A program made the translations under genes and the position numbers. DNA of 64,000 nucleotides. Source: an uncultured bacterium. Its GTDB lineage: Bacteria; Hydrothermota; UBA3073; NMUJ01; CBEVQO01. The notes under the pieces were generated by a model, which was not told the origin of the DNA, ran no database searches, and saw only the letters and a list, made by a program, of their open reading frames with translations. Below are positions 31,498 to 41,114 of the stretch, one piece after another (positions within the stretch are counted from its first letter, which is position 1; the number at the start of each line of letters is the position of its first letter). The DNA is taken from NCBI GenBank assembly GCA_965552055.1, contig CBEVQO010000002.1:224001-288000 (forward strand). Reading direction: 5' to 3'.

Positions 31498-32720
31498 CCC
31501 ACTTCAAGATAATGAATTTTCCTGCCTGTTTTCTCAGAAATAAGAGTTTCAAAACTTTTGCCTTCATGCTCTTTCTTAACACCTACCCATACTAAATCCT
31601 CAGGTTCTTCAGATTTTAAAGTATAATCAACAATTTGCTCAAGTGTCTTCAAAGTAACATCCCTGCCACCAAGTCCCGCTACAAATCCCCACACAGGTGG
31701 TCTCATATCACTGTTATAAAGAGAAGATTTCACCTCTTCAAAGAAAATACCACATTGACCAAAGGAAATATTCCTGTCAATAACAGCTACTTTTTTTGCA
31801 CCGGAAAGAATATCTCTTACTTCTTCAACAGGAAAAGGTCTAAATACCCTTATTTTTAAATTGCCAATTTTAATTCCCTTTTCCCTTAAAATATCCACCA
31901 TATATTTCATCGTGCCAGCAATAGTGCCAGATGTAACAGTAATAATATCTGCATCCTCACATTTATAAGCTTCGGTAAGCCCATAGTATCTGCCAAAAAG
32001 TTCGCCATATTGTTTTCCATATTCTTTTATTAACTTTTTAGCTTTTTCCATTGCTTTCTCAATCTTATATCTCAGTTCAAAATACCATGTAGCATCTGTA
32101 AGTCCTCCGAATGCCGAAGGTTTATCGGGGTCAATCTTATATGGCGGATTAAAAGGAGGCAAATATTCGTCAACTTTATCTTGCTCCGGAATATCAACAA
32201 CTTCATAGGTATGTGAAAGGAAAAATGCATCAAGCACAACCATACTCGGTAAAAGAACCTCTTCACCCACTTTATACGCCTGAATAACAGTATCAAGCGC
32301 TTCCTGATTATTTTCACAATAATACTGGATTATACCTGTATCTCTTTGCGAAAGAGAATCAGTTTGCTCTGTCCATATCGACCACGGAGGTGCCATTGCC
32401 CTGTTTATATTACAGAGAACAATAGGATGCCTGCCACCAACAGCCCAGTGTATCATCTCATGCATAAGCGCCAAGCCCTGAGCTGATGTAGCAGTAAAAG
32501 CACGAGCTCCTGCAGCAGATGCACCTATGCACGCAGCAAGTGCAGAATGCTCGGACTCAACCTTTATGAAGCGGGCTTTGAGCTCACCGGATGCACACAT
32601 CTCAGAAAGCAGCTCAACAACCTGTGTCTGAGGAGTAATGGGATAGGCAGCAATAACTTCCACACGGGATAATTTGGCACCATAAGAAAGAGCATGATTG
32701 CCCATTAAAACTTTCTTCAT
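31494..32720 (-). CDS. porA: Pyruvate/2-ketoisovalerate:ferredoxin oxidoreductase alpha subunit
   Basis: AYPITPQT, VESEHSA, FRPFP, GLGGRD. Confidence 0.94.
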   Translation of the reverse strand: MKKVLMGNHALSYGAKLSRVEVIAAYPITPQTQVVELLSEMCASGELKARFIKVESEHSALAACIGASAAGARAFTATSAQGLALMHEMIHWAVGGRHPIVLCNINRAMAPPWSIWTEQTDSLSQRDTGIIQYYCENNQEALDTVIQAYKVGEEVLLPSMVVLDAFFLSHTYEVVDIPEQDKVDEYLPPFNPPYKIDPDKPSAFGGLTDATWYFELRYKIEKAMEKAKKLIKEYGKQYGELFGRYYGLTEAYKCEDADIITVTSGTIAGTMKYMVDILREKGIKIGNLKIRVFRPFPVEEVRDILSGAKKVAVIDRNISFGQCGIFFEEVKSSLYNSDMRPPVWGFVAGLGGRDVTLKTLEQIVDYTLKSEEPEDLVWVGVKKEHEGKSFETLISEKTGRKIHYLEVG

Positions 32721-33004
32721 CGCCCCTCCCTTACTGCTTCTATAGCACCTCTTGGACACTCAACTATACAAATACCACAACCCTTACAATACTCATAATC
32801 AATAACAGGTTTATCTTCCTCAATTTTTATCGCTGGCTCAGGACAATACTTCCAGCATATCATACACTTTATGCATTTCTCATAATTTATAACAGGTCTT
32901 ATAACTCGCCAGGATGAGGTCTTATTCCATCTCATCGTCTTCAAAGATACAGCAATCTCTGGCAATTCATCAACATCTTTAAAAGTAATTTTTTCTTCCA
33001 TCAT
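32717..33004 (-). CDS. porD: Oxidoreductase delta subunit (2x4Fe-4S)
   Basis: WRVIRP, CIKCMICWKYCP, CKGCGICIVECP. Confidence 0.93.
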   Translation of the reverse strand: MMEEKITFKDVDELPEIAVSLKTMRWNKTSSWRVIRPVINYEKCIKCMICWKYCPEPAIKIEEDKPVIDYEYCKGCGICIVECPRGAIEAVREGR

Positions 33005-33009
33005 ACCTC

Positions 33010-33330
33010 CTACTTAAACCAGCCTTCTTTTTTCATAATTTCAGTGGAAATCCTGATAGAAGGACCATCACCCCTCGCAACAGAAACAGCAACATTACTG
33101 CCTGCCACTCTCTTTATTTCTGCTACATCTTCATGAGTAAAGCCCGGACACAACAAAATAGAATGGATTTTCTCTTTTTCAACAAATTCCTTACAAACTT
33201 CTACGGCTTCTTTTTGATTTCTCACAACCACCACAAACAATTTATAGTAGTGCGGGGTCTCAATAGTACATCGATACTTATTTGCATCACCATCGGGTGC
33301 ATGTGCTATGAAAAGTGTTTTAAATGCCAT
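33010..33330 (-). CDS. DUF6506-like protein
   Basis: LFIAHAPD, ILLCPGF, VARGDGP. Confidence 0.65.
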   Translation of the reverse strand: MAFKTLFIAHAPDGDANKYRCTIETPHYYKLFVVVVRNQKEAVEVCKEFVEKEKIHSILLCPGFTHEDVAEIKRVAGSNVAVSVARGDGPSIRISTEIMKKEGWFK

Positions 33331-33878
33331 TACATTATCACACTGTTATATGCTTCTTCAGCGGCTTTCGCATTCTCCTCGGGCTTAGCAGGGACATTTT
33401 CTTTTATAGCTTCGATAACAGAAGATAGTTTAACAATTCCCATAACTCTGGCAAATGCACCAAGCATAGGAGTGTTAACAATGGGAGCAGCTTTTGAACC
33501 CAAGCCATATTTAAGAGCAATACCTGTAGCATCAACAGTAGCAACTTTGTATTTTTGGGGAAAGTTAAGTTCATCAGGTTTTCTCACAGTGTTTATTATT
33601 ATCCAGCCACCTTCTTTTAATCCAGCAGTGACATCAATGGCTTCGAGCAACGCAGGGTCAAGCACAACGATGTGGTCCGGCTCATATACTTTGCAATGCA
33701 ATATTATCGGTTTGTCATCAATCCTTATGAATGCATAGACAGGAGCACCTCTTCTTTCGACACCAAACTCAGGAAATGCCTGAACCCATTTGCCTTCCTT
33801 CAAAAGTGCATCAGCAAGTGTCTTTGCAGCAACCACCGTCCCCTGACCACCTCTACCATGAAATCTTATTTCAATCAT
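33330..33878 (-). CDS. porC: Oxidoreductase gamma subunit
   Basis: [28 protein letters not shown]. Confidence 0.94.
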   Translation of the reverse strand: MIEIRFHGRGGQGTVVAAKTLADALLKEGKWVQAFPEFGVERRGAPVYAFIRIDDKPIILHCKVYEPDHIVVLDPALLEAIDVTAGLKEGGWIIINTVRKPDELNFPQKYKVATVDATGIALKYGLGSKAAPIVNTPMLGAFARVMGIVKLSSVIEAIKENVPAKPEENAKAAEEAYNSVIM

Positions 33879-33885
33879 GACACAA

Positions 33886-33912
33886 ATTATAATCCCATTT
33901 TCAGTTTGTCAA
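33886..33912 (-). promoter_or_regulatory. Promoter TTGACA-N15-TATAAT, leaderless por operon
   Basis: Both hexamers perfect; ATG 7 nt after the -10, no SD. Confidence 0.85.
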
Positions 33913-33931
33913 TCATTTTTTTATAAAATTA

Positions 33932-34398
33932 TTAGCCCCTCCTCCCTGTCCCCACCACCCTCTTGCACACCCCTCGCTACGCAGGACACAGACCTCACCC
34001 TATCATCGCTCCTTAAACGCTTTACCCGTAATCAGTCAAGTTCCCAACCAGAAACCTCTTTCCCACCTCAAACCCTCACTCGCTTCCATTCCGCTATCCA
34101 GCAACCAGCCAAACACTCATCTCAAAATGCAGTCCCACCTCCTGCTCTCATCAGCACCTATCCGCAAACCACCTTTAATAAGCGCAGTCCGCAACCCAAA
34201 CCTTTATCCCATCTTGAACTCTTAATCGCTCTCATTGCGTTATTCAGCAGTCAATCTGATACTTCCCTCAAAATGTGGTCCCGCTCTCACTCCTATCAGT
34301 AAAAGAACTCCTCATCTGCTCCCAAAATGTGGTTCCGCTTTCAGCGCTCGGGGTGTTGACCTACAACCCATATGTAACATGCTCGGCTCCGCCTCGCA
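33932..34398 (-). repeat. Structured intergenic element, long copy
   Basis: Ends shared with 62881-63041 (TTAGCCCCTCCTCC..CTGTCCCC; CAACCCATATGTAACA.GCTCG); C-rich plus strand; internal direct repeats. Confidence 0.75.
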
Positions 34399-34406
34399 AT
34401 AATTTC

Positions 34407-34434
34407 TTGACAAATTTCGTATTTAAGTTATATT
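34407..34434 (+). promoter_or_regulatory. Promoter TTGACA-N16-TATATT for the R-M operon
   Basis: Only 16-bp spacer instance found; no SD before ATG. Confidence 0.65.
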
Positions 34435-34437
34435 AGG

Positions 34438-35694
34438 ATGAGTGCAATGAATAACTGGGCTAGAATAATAATCGGTGATAGTAGAAAAATGATAGAAGTC
34501 GAAAATAACAGCATAGATTTGATTGTTACATCTCCTCCTTATTGGCATATTAAAGATTACGGAGTTGAAGGACAAATCGGATATGGTCAAAGTTTACATG
34601 AATACTTCAAAGATTTATACAGAGTATGGAAAGAGTGCTACAGAATTCTTAAGCCCGGAAGAAGATTATGTATAAACATAGGCGACCAGTTTGCTCGCTC
34701 TGTAATTTACGGCAGATATAAAGTTATCCCCTTGCATGCTGAACTTATAGCACAATGTGAGGACATAGGTTTTGATTTTATGGGTTCAATAATCTGGCAG
34801 AAGAAAACCACAATGAACACCACTGGCGGAGCAAATGTAATGGGCTCTTATCCCTATCCACCTAATGGAATGATTGAGATTGATTATGAGTTTATACTTA
34901 TTTTTAAAAAACCCGGAAAAAATGGAAAAGTCCCAAAAGAAATTAAAGAAAAGTCTAAACTAACTAAAGAAGAATGGAAAGAGTATTTCTATGGACACTG
35001 GTATTTTGGTGGAGCAAGGCAGTTAGAACACGAAGCCATGTTTCCAGAAGAATTACCAAAAAGGCTGATAAAAATGTATACTTTCATAGGAGAAACTGTT
35101 CTTGACCCTTTCCTCGGTAGCGGAACTACTGTAAAAGCAGCATTAAACCTGCATAGGAATGCAATAGGTTATGAAATAAACGAAAAATTTCTGGATGTGA
35201 TAAAGGAAAAACTCGGTTTAAAACAAAATTTGCTTCAATTTAATAAAAACATTCAGATAATAAAGCGAGGAAAAACAATAAAAGTTGATGCGGTTAATTA
35301 TATCCCAAGGATTAAAGATGCCAGACCAAGAATAGACCCCAAGAAATTTAATTTTAAAAATGACAGACTTTATAAAGTTGTTGATATTATAGACGAACAA
35401 ACCATTAAATTAAACACAGGTCTGCTTGTTAAATTTTTGGGAGTTAAAATAATCAAAAAGGAAGAAGCGTTAGAGTATCTAAGGAACCGCATTTTGAAAA
35501 AAGAAGTTTATCTTAAATTTGACAACCATAGTGACAATATCATAGATGAAAACACCGTCAGCGCTTATGTTTATTTAAAAAATAAAATATTTGTAAATGC
35601 CTATCTCATCAGGTCTGGAATGGCCAAAGCAGACAGGACAAAAGAGTATAAGTATAAAACAAAATTTATTGAATTAGAAAAAGAGCTAAAATAA
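34438..35694 (+). CDS. Beta-class N4/N6 DNA methyltransferase (SPPY, probably m4C) fused to a degenerate SNase-like domain
   Basis: TSPPY precedes DPFLGSGTT; C-terminal KVVDIID...KFLGV...AYVYL...FVNAYLIRSGMA. Confidence 0.9.
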   Translation: MSAMNNWARIIIGDSRKMIEVENNSIDLIVTSPPYWHIKDYGVEGQIGYGQSLHEYFKDLYRVWKECYRILKPGRRLCINIGDQFARSVIYGRYKVIPLHAELIAQCEDIGFDFMGSIIWQKKTTMNTTGGANVMGSYPYPPNGMIEIDYEFILIFKKPGKNGKVPKEIKEKSKLTKEEWKEYFYGHWYFGGARQLEHEAMFPEELPKRLIKMYTFIGETVLDPFLGSGTTVKAALNLHRNAIGYEINEKFLDVIKEKLGLKQNLLQFNKNIQIIKRGKTIKVDAVNYIPRIKDARPRIDPKKFNFKNDRLYKVVDIIDEQTIKLNTGLLVKFLGVKIIKKEEALEYLRNRILKKEVYLKFDNHSDNIIDENTVSAYVYLKNKIFVNAYLIRSGMAKADRTKEYKYKTKFIELEKELK

Positions 35695-36362
35695 TGGCAA
35701 AAGAGTGGATATTAAATATGGCAACAAACAGATGGGGATTAAATAAAGAGAATAGCGTCGGTCCCGTATCCCAATGGATTCGTGAATGCAGCCCAAAAAC
35801 AATTAAAGATTGGGAAGAATTCTATTACAAAAAACTCGCTGATTTCCTTAAAAGCAAAGATATCTCTTTATCCCCTAAGGAATACCTCGAAGATCTCGGA
35901 AGAAAACTATATGTGAAAATTACAGAAGTTATCCAGGCAGAAATTGAGGAAGTAACAGAGGAAGATTGTATCGAATATATTTACAACCTTGTAATTAACA
36001 GAACTTATGACGGCTATCTAACAGAAATAAAAACAATATACGGGAAATTACAAAGAGATTTGGGTGTAGAGATAAAACCTGCACCGGATGAGTGGGATAG
36101 ACTTTATAATGTGGATTTTTACATTCAGGTTGGGGAGAAATACATTGGTTTGCAAATAAAACCCATAACCTATGAGCAAACGCCAGAGATTTACAGATGG
36201 AAAGAATGGCTTAGCAGAACACATAAAAAATTTGAACAAAATTTCGGCGGAAAAGTATTTATTGTATTTTCAATCAAAAAAGATAACAGGAAAGAAATTT
36301 ATAACTCTGAAGTAATTGAAGAAATAAGAAAAGAAATTGGAAGACTTAAAGGGAGTAAGTAA
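35694..36362 (+). CDS. Type II restriction endonuclease, MjaI-like family
   Basis: VGPVSQWIREC, WEEFYY, VDFYI...GLQIKP PD-(D/E)xK-like core; coupled to MTase. Confidence 0.75.
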   Translation: MAKEWILNMATNRWGLNKENSVGPVSQWIRECSPKTIKDWEEFYYKKLADFLKSKDISLSPKEYLEDLGRKLYVKITEVIQAEIEEVTEEDCIEYIYNLVINRTYDGYLTEIKTIYGKLQRDLGVEIKPAPDEWDRLYNVDFYIQVGEKYIGLQIKPITYEQTPEIYRWKEWLSRTHKKFEQNFGGKVFIVFSIKKDNRKEIYNSEVIEEIRKEIGRLKGSK

Positions 36363-36364
36363 AC

Positions 36365-37369
36365 ATGTCTGAATTCAGACAGAATTTTATCACAAAGGAA
36401 TGGGTGATAATAGCACCTGAAAGGAAAAAGCGTCCGCATGACTTTAAAAAAGAAGAAACACAAACTAAAATCCCGGAATACGATAAAAATTGTCCTTTTT
36501 GTCCGGGAAATTACTCTGAAAAATATGAAGAAACGCTTTTTGAAATAAAAGAAGGCAATAGATGGCTCTTAAGGGTTGTGAAAAACCGTTATAGCGCGCT
36601 TCATCCCGATACAGAACCCATGCGTCAAAGAGAAAAATCATATTTAAAAGTTATGGGATATGGATTTGCAGAAGTGATAATAGAATCGCCTTATCATAAT
36701 AAAAATTTCTCAAATTATACACTTTCTGAAATTAAAAATATCTTGCTTGCATATAAAAATCGCTACGATACACTATCACAATATCATCCAAAAATTGATT
36801 TGATTTTGATTTTCAAAAATTATGGAAGATATGCAGGAACTTCTTTGATTCATCCTCATTCTCAAATCATTGCCACACCCATAGTGCCACTTTCTTTACG
36901 CACGGCTCTTCTCGAAGCACGGGTATTTTGCGATGAACAGGGAATATGTCCATTCTGCCAGATGATTAAAGAAGAAAAAGAGCAAAATGTAAGAGTACCT
37001 TATGAGAATGAAAATTTTATTGCAATATGTCCTTTTGCATCACGAACACCATATGAAGTGTGGATTCTGCCGAAGCGCCATAGCGCAAAATTTGACTTTA
37101 ACGATGAAGAATTAACGGATTTTGCAGATATTTTATCAAAAATTTTAAAAGCGTTACATAAAATTTTCCCCGATTTATCATATAATTATATTATAAAGTC
37201 GGCTCCAATTGAAGACCACAATGTTGAATATTTTCACTGGTATTTAGAAATTTTACCACGCCTCACAATGCCAGCAGGATTCGAAATGGGCTCGGGTATC
37301 TACATAAATCCCACACCACCAGAAGAAGCATCAAAAGAGATAAAAGAAAGAATAATAAATTATGACTAA
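36365..37369 (+). CDS. galT: Galactose-1-phosphate uridylyltransferase
   Basis: WVIIAPERKKRP, CPFCPG, AGTSLIHPHSQ, AGFEMGSG. Confidence 0.92.
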   Translation: MSEFRQNFITKEWVIIAPERKKRPHDFKKEETQTKIPEYDKNCPFCPGNYSEKYEETLFEIKEGNRWLLRVVKNRYSALHPDTEPMRQREKSYLKVMGYGFAEVIIESPYHNKNFSNYTLSEIKNILLAYKNRYDTLSQYHPKIDLILIFKNYGRYAGTSLIHPHSQIIATPIVPLSLRTALLEARVFCDEQGICPFCQMIKEEKEQNVRVPYENENFIAICPFASRTPYEVWILPKRHSAKFDFNDEELTDFADILSKILKALHKIFPDLSYNYIIKSAPIEDHNVEYFHWYLEILPRLTMPAGFEMGSGIYINPTPPEEASKEIKERIINYD

Positions 37370-38402
37370 ATACATCTGGATTGACATAGATAACGCACCT
37401 CATGTCTTGTTCTTCAGACCTTTTTTAAAAGAGTTTAAAAAACGAAAAGAAAATGTACTTTTAACCATTAGGTATCACGAAAAACTCATTCAACTACTTT
37501 CAATTTATGGAATAAACGAATATTCGGTTATAGGATGTCATCCGGGTAGAAATAAAATAAAAAAGGCATTGAATTTATTTATCCGGGCGTATCTGTTAAA
37601 CAAATTGGTAAATCTACCGATAAAAGTTGCAGTTGCATCTTCACGAGGGATTGTATTACCCGCTTACTTACACAAAATACCGTTAGTAATACTTTACGAT
37701 TACGAGTATATGTTTGACTGGCTTTACAGAAAATTCGCAACAATAATTGGCATGCCAGAAGTCGTAAGTAAAGAATATCTAAATAATTTGAAAAAAGAAG
37801 GAGTTAAATATTTCCTTTATCCGGGGATAAAAGAAGGTGTCTATCTGTTTGACTTTCAGCCGCAGAATTTCCGCTTACCAGATATTGACTACTCAAAATG
37901 TGTGATTTTGATACGCCCACCGGCTACTACTGCACATTATCATAATCCTGAAAGCGAAAAAATATTTGCCGAAATTATTGATTATTACAAAAATTCAAGG
38001 GAAGTGGAAATCTTAATAATTCCGAGAAGTGAAAGAGAAATCAATATACTTTTTAAAAAATACTTTAATGTAAAGAATTTACACATATTAAAAACTGCTG
38101 TAGATGGTCCTACTTTAATATGTAATGCAGATGCTGTGATAAGTGGGGGAGGCACAATGGTTCGAGAAGCTTGTGTGCTGGGAATACCGGCTTACAGCTT
38201 CTTTAAAGGCAAAAAAGGAGGCGTTGACAAATACCTGGAAAAAGTTGGACTCTTAAAATTTATAAATTCAGCGGAAGATTTGAAAAAAATTAAATTCAAG
38301 AGCAATAAAGAAGAAGCAAAAAAATTGAGAGAAATCGGCAAAATGGGTTTCAAAAAAATCATCGAAGTGATAGAAGAAGTTAGTAAAAGACGCTATGATT
38401 GA
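37362..38402 (+). CDS. DUF354 family GT-B-like protein
   Basis: IWIDIDNAPHVLFF, SGGGTMVREA. Confidence 0.85.
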   Translation: MTKYIWIDIDNAPHVLFFRPFLKEFKKRKENVLLTIRYHEKLIQLLSIYGINEYSVIGCHPGRNKIKKALNLFIRAYLLNKLVNLPIKVAVASSRGIVLPAYLHKIPLVILYDYEYMFDWLYRKFATIIGMPEVVSKEYLNNLKKEGVKYFLYPGIKEGVYLFDFQPQNFRLPDIDYSKCVILIRPPATTAHYHNPESEKIFAEIIDYYKNSREVEILIIPRSEREINILFKKYFNVKNLHILKTAVDGPTLICNADAVISGGGTMVREACVLGIPAYSFFKGKKGGVDKYLEKVGLLKFINSAEDLKKIKFKSNKEEAKKLREIGKMGFKKIIEVIEEVSKRRYD

Positions 38403-39097
38403 ATTTTAGTTTTTAACCTTAATCTTTCAATTACCGCTTTCATTTCCTCACTTAATCCTGCTTTTATCTCTGTCTCTTTCTTTGTAAAAGGATGGACAAA
38501 TTTCAAACTAAAAGAATGAAGTGAAAGAGCTTTTGGATGTGCTTTAATTATTGGCTCAAATATTTCCTTATACTCTTCCGGTAAACTTTTATTGTAAACA
38601 GGGTCAACTGCTATTGGATAGCCAATATATTTCAAATGCACCCTTATTTGATGGGGACGTCCTGTTAGTGGCAAAATCGATAGTAATGTAAATCTTTTAA
38701 ATCTTTCCATGACTCTATATTTTGTAACAGCTGGCTTACCATTTTCCGCAACCTTATATTTGCCTTTGCGCCCCTGTCTTATTGGCTTATCAATGGTGCC
38801 GTCATACTCAACATCGCCCATCACAATGCCTATATACCTCTTTTTTACCTTCCTGTGTTCAAAAAGAATGCACATTTCCCTGTGCGCTTCTGATGTCTTT
38901 CCAAAAATAACAAGCCCACTTGTACCCCTATCTATCCTGTGAATCACCCATAATCTTCTTCCGAATTTTTCTTCTAAAATTCTTCTTAAAAATGGTTCAT
39001 CTTTATCAAACCTCCCGGGTATTACAAGTAAACCATGGGGCTTTGAAACTCCCAGAAGATATTCATCTTCGTAAACTATTTTGACTTTATCTATCAT
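38393..39097 (-). CDS. RluA-family pseudouridine synthase
   Basis: HRIDRGTSG, TGRPHQIRVH. Confidence 0.93.
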   Translation of the reverse strand: MIDKVKIVYEDEYLLGVSKPHGLLVIPGRFDKDEPFLRRILEEKFGRRLWVIHRIDRGTSGLVIFGKTSEAHREMCILFEHRKVKKRYIGIVMGDVEYDGTIDKPIRQGRKGKYKVAENGKPAVTKYRVMERFKRFTLLSILPLTGRPHQIRVHLKYIGYPIAVDPVYNKSLPEEYKEIFEPIIKAHPKALSLHSFSLKFVHPFTKKETEIKAGLSEEMKAVIERLRLKTKIQS

Positions 39098-39720
39098 AAT
39101 TTATTTTTAGCACCGATAACAACGAAACCACCTTCACCATACCCCTTCTTAACGGGTTCAATCTCCTTTATGTTTTGCGGTAAATCAAAAATTGTCTGAT
39201 AAAATTCAAAATCACAAAAGTCAAACTTTGAAAGCATCTCAATAACTTCTTCTGTTGAATAAAATTTAGCATATTTATAAAATTTGCTTTTCTTTCTGGA
39301 ATAAAATTTGCCAAGAAAACTCTCCTTATCAATGAAACCTATTATTATCTTACCATCATCTTTTAAAACTCTTTTTGCCTCCTTTATTAAACTTTCGGGC
39401 TGTTTAACAAAACAAATGGTAACAATAATTAACACAAAATCAAATGTTGAATTTTTGAATGGCAGATTTTCTCCTTTTGCTATACAAATTTTCATGCCTC
39501 TTTTATATGCTATTTTTGCCATATTATAAGCGGGTTCTACCCCGTATTTTACGCCAAGCGGAACACCAAATCTACCTGTACCAGCGCCTATTTCAAGACC
39601 TATACCTTTACCAATAAGTTTTTTAACGGCATGCAGTTCGGATTTGTAAACTTTATCATATTTCTCAAACCATTCATCATATTCCTTTGCATACCTTTCA
39701 AAAAGTTCTATTACTTTCAT
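39094..39720 (-). CDS. Class I SAM-dependent methyltransferase
   Basis: YDEWF, LEIGAGTGRF, ENLPF. Confidence 0.9.
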   Translation of the reverse strand: MKVIELFERYAKEYDEWFEKYDKVYKSELHAVKKLIGKGIGLEIGAGTGRFGVPLGVKYGVEPAYNMAKIAYKRGMKICIAKGENLPFKNSTFDFVLIIVTICFVKQPESLIKEAKRVLKDDGKIIIGFIDKESFLGKFYSRKKSKFYKYAKFYSTEEVIEMLSKFDFCDFEFYQTIFDLPQNIKEIEPVKKGYGEGGFVVIGAKNKL

Positions 39721-39934
39721 TTTTCATAGAAATTTGTGCTACAATTAATTCTTTTTCTTCTGGAATCTCTTTTCCTTCTTCTCGCATTACTTCGATATGT
39801 AATTGAATTGCTTCTTTTATATTCGTTATAGCTTCCTCAATAGTTTCTCCCTGTGAGTAACAACCGGGGAGTGCAGGTACCTCTACCCAATATCCGCCTT
39901 CTTCTGCCTTATGGATTATTACCATAAATTTCAT
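39698..39934 (-). CDS. hicB: HicB-family antitoxin (no adjacent hicA)
   Basis: GGYWVEVPALPGCYSQGETIEEA. Confidence 0.9.
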   Translation of the reverse strand: MKFMVIIHKAEEGGYWVEVPALPGCYSQGETIEEAITNIKEAIQLHIEVMREEGKEIPEEKELIVAQISMKNESNRTF

Positions 39935-39942
39935 TCAATTTT

Positions 39943-40677
39943 TCAATGATGAATTATTGATTTATAAACTATGAGTAGGGCGAGTGCGACAACGAGCACC
40001 GATAATCCACTTTCAAGCCATACAGGTTTTGACTTTAAGGCAACTTTACTACCCAAGAAAGCACCTATCATCGAACCAGCTAATACGCTCACAGCAGGTA
40101 GCCATTTTATATCTCCACGATGCCAGTAAATAAAACATGCAGATAACGCAGTAAAAATTGTAACAAATAAAGATGTAGCAATGGATTTATGAATGTCAAT
40201 ATTTAAAGCCCTTAAAAACGCAGGAAAAAGAGAACCACCACTCCCTCCTCTCATACCGGTGATTAAATTTATCAAAAAAGCACCAAATAAAACTTTATTT
40301 GAAGTAGCCTTTAACTTTTTTGTAAAACTCGGAGCAATTCTATGAAGATAAATCCCGGATACAGTTAAAATTGTTATTATGAGGAATATTATTGCGAGAA
40401 TCAATGTCGGTATAAAACCAACAAGATATGCACCCGTAATGGAGCCAGCAATCCCTCCTATAACCATATAAATTGATAATTTAAACTCAATGTTTTTACG
40501 ATGACTTATAGCACCCACAAGTGAAGAAAAGGGTATCACAAAAAGATTTATCCCGTATGCAGTTAATAAAGGCAAACCCGCAACCGTAAGCAAAGGAATA
40601 CGAACAGAACCACCCCCTATGCCAAACATGCCACTCATAAAACCAGCAAAAATGCCTATGAGAAAATAAATAAACAT
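39943..40677 (-). CDS. TauE/SafE family transporter
   Basis: GFMSGMFGIGGG, GMRGGSGG, IATSLF. Confidence 0.88.
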   Translation of the reverse strand: MFIYFLIGIFAGFMSGMFGIGGGSVRIPLLTVAGLPLLTAYGINLFVIPFSSLVGAISHRKNIEFKLSIYMVIGGIAGSITGAYLVGFIPTLILAIIFLIITILTVSGIYLHRIAPSFTKKLKATSNKVLFGAFLINLITGMRGGSGGSLFPAFLRALNIDIHKSIATSLFVTIFTALSACFIYWHRGDIKWLPAVSVLAGSMIGAFLGSKVALKSKPVWLESGLSVLVVALALLIVYKSIIHH

Positions 40678-41114
40678 TAAGTTTTTGCTCTATCAACCAC
40701 CGCAGCTGTTAGCGTGCCTTCAGCTACAAGAGTATCATCAACATAGCTTTTTGCTTCCATCACAAAAAGATTTCCTCTCTGCCTTACGATTTTTACAACA
40801 TTTCGTAAAGTATCACCCGGGCGAACGGGCTTTCTGAATTTAACTTTATCGATACCAGCGAAATAGCCTATTTTATTTTCTTTATCCTCAATTTTACTCA
40901 TCATAAGTAAGCCACCTGTCTGTGCCATTGATTCAACGATTAGCACTCCGGGCATTATGGGGTCACCGGGAAAATGTCCCTGAAAGAAAGGTTCATTTAT
41001 CGTTACATTTTTTATTGCTACTATCTCGTCTCCCTTAATCTCAAGGACTTTATCAACAAGCAAAAAAGGATACCTGTGCGGTAAAAACTCCATTATTTTG
41101 AAAATGTCCATCAT
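40677..41114 (-). CDS. fabZ: 3-hydroxyacyl-ACP dehydratase
   Basis: [27 protein letters not shown]. Confidence 0.97.
   Translation of the reverse strand: MMDIFKIMEFLPHRYPFLLVDKVLEIKGDEIVAIKNVTINEPFFQGHFPGDPIMPGVLIVESMAQTGGLLMMSKIEDKENKIGYFAGIDKVKFRKPVRPGDTLRNVVKIVRQRGNLFVMEAKSYVDDTLVAEGTLTAAVVDRAKT

Noticed and set aside
33877..34302. 141-aa plus-strand ORF
   Set aside because: S/P/Q-rich product of the C-rich repeat element; no SD; overlaps the por promoter.
34121..34345. Possible CRISPR array from the CAAAATGTGGT repeats
   Set aside because: Only 2-3 degenerate copies, irregular spacing, no cas genes in the window.
34355..34385. dif site or classical integron attC
   Set aside because: Arms and spacer do not fit XerC/D dif; no paired RYYYAAC/GTTRRRY boxes and no integrase in the window. 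Kept only as an unclassified element.
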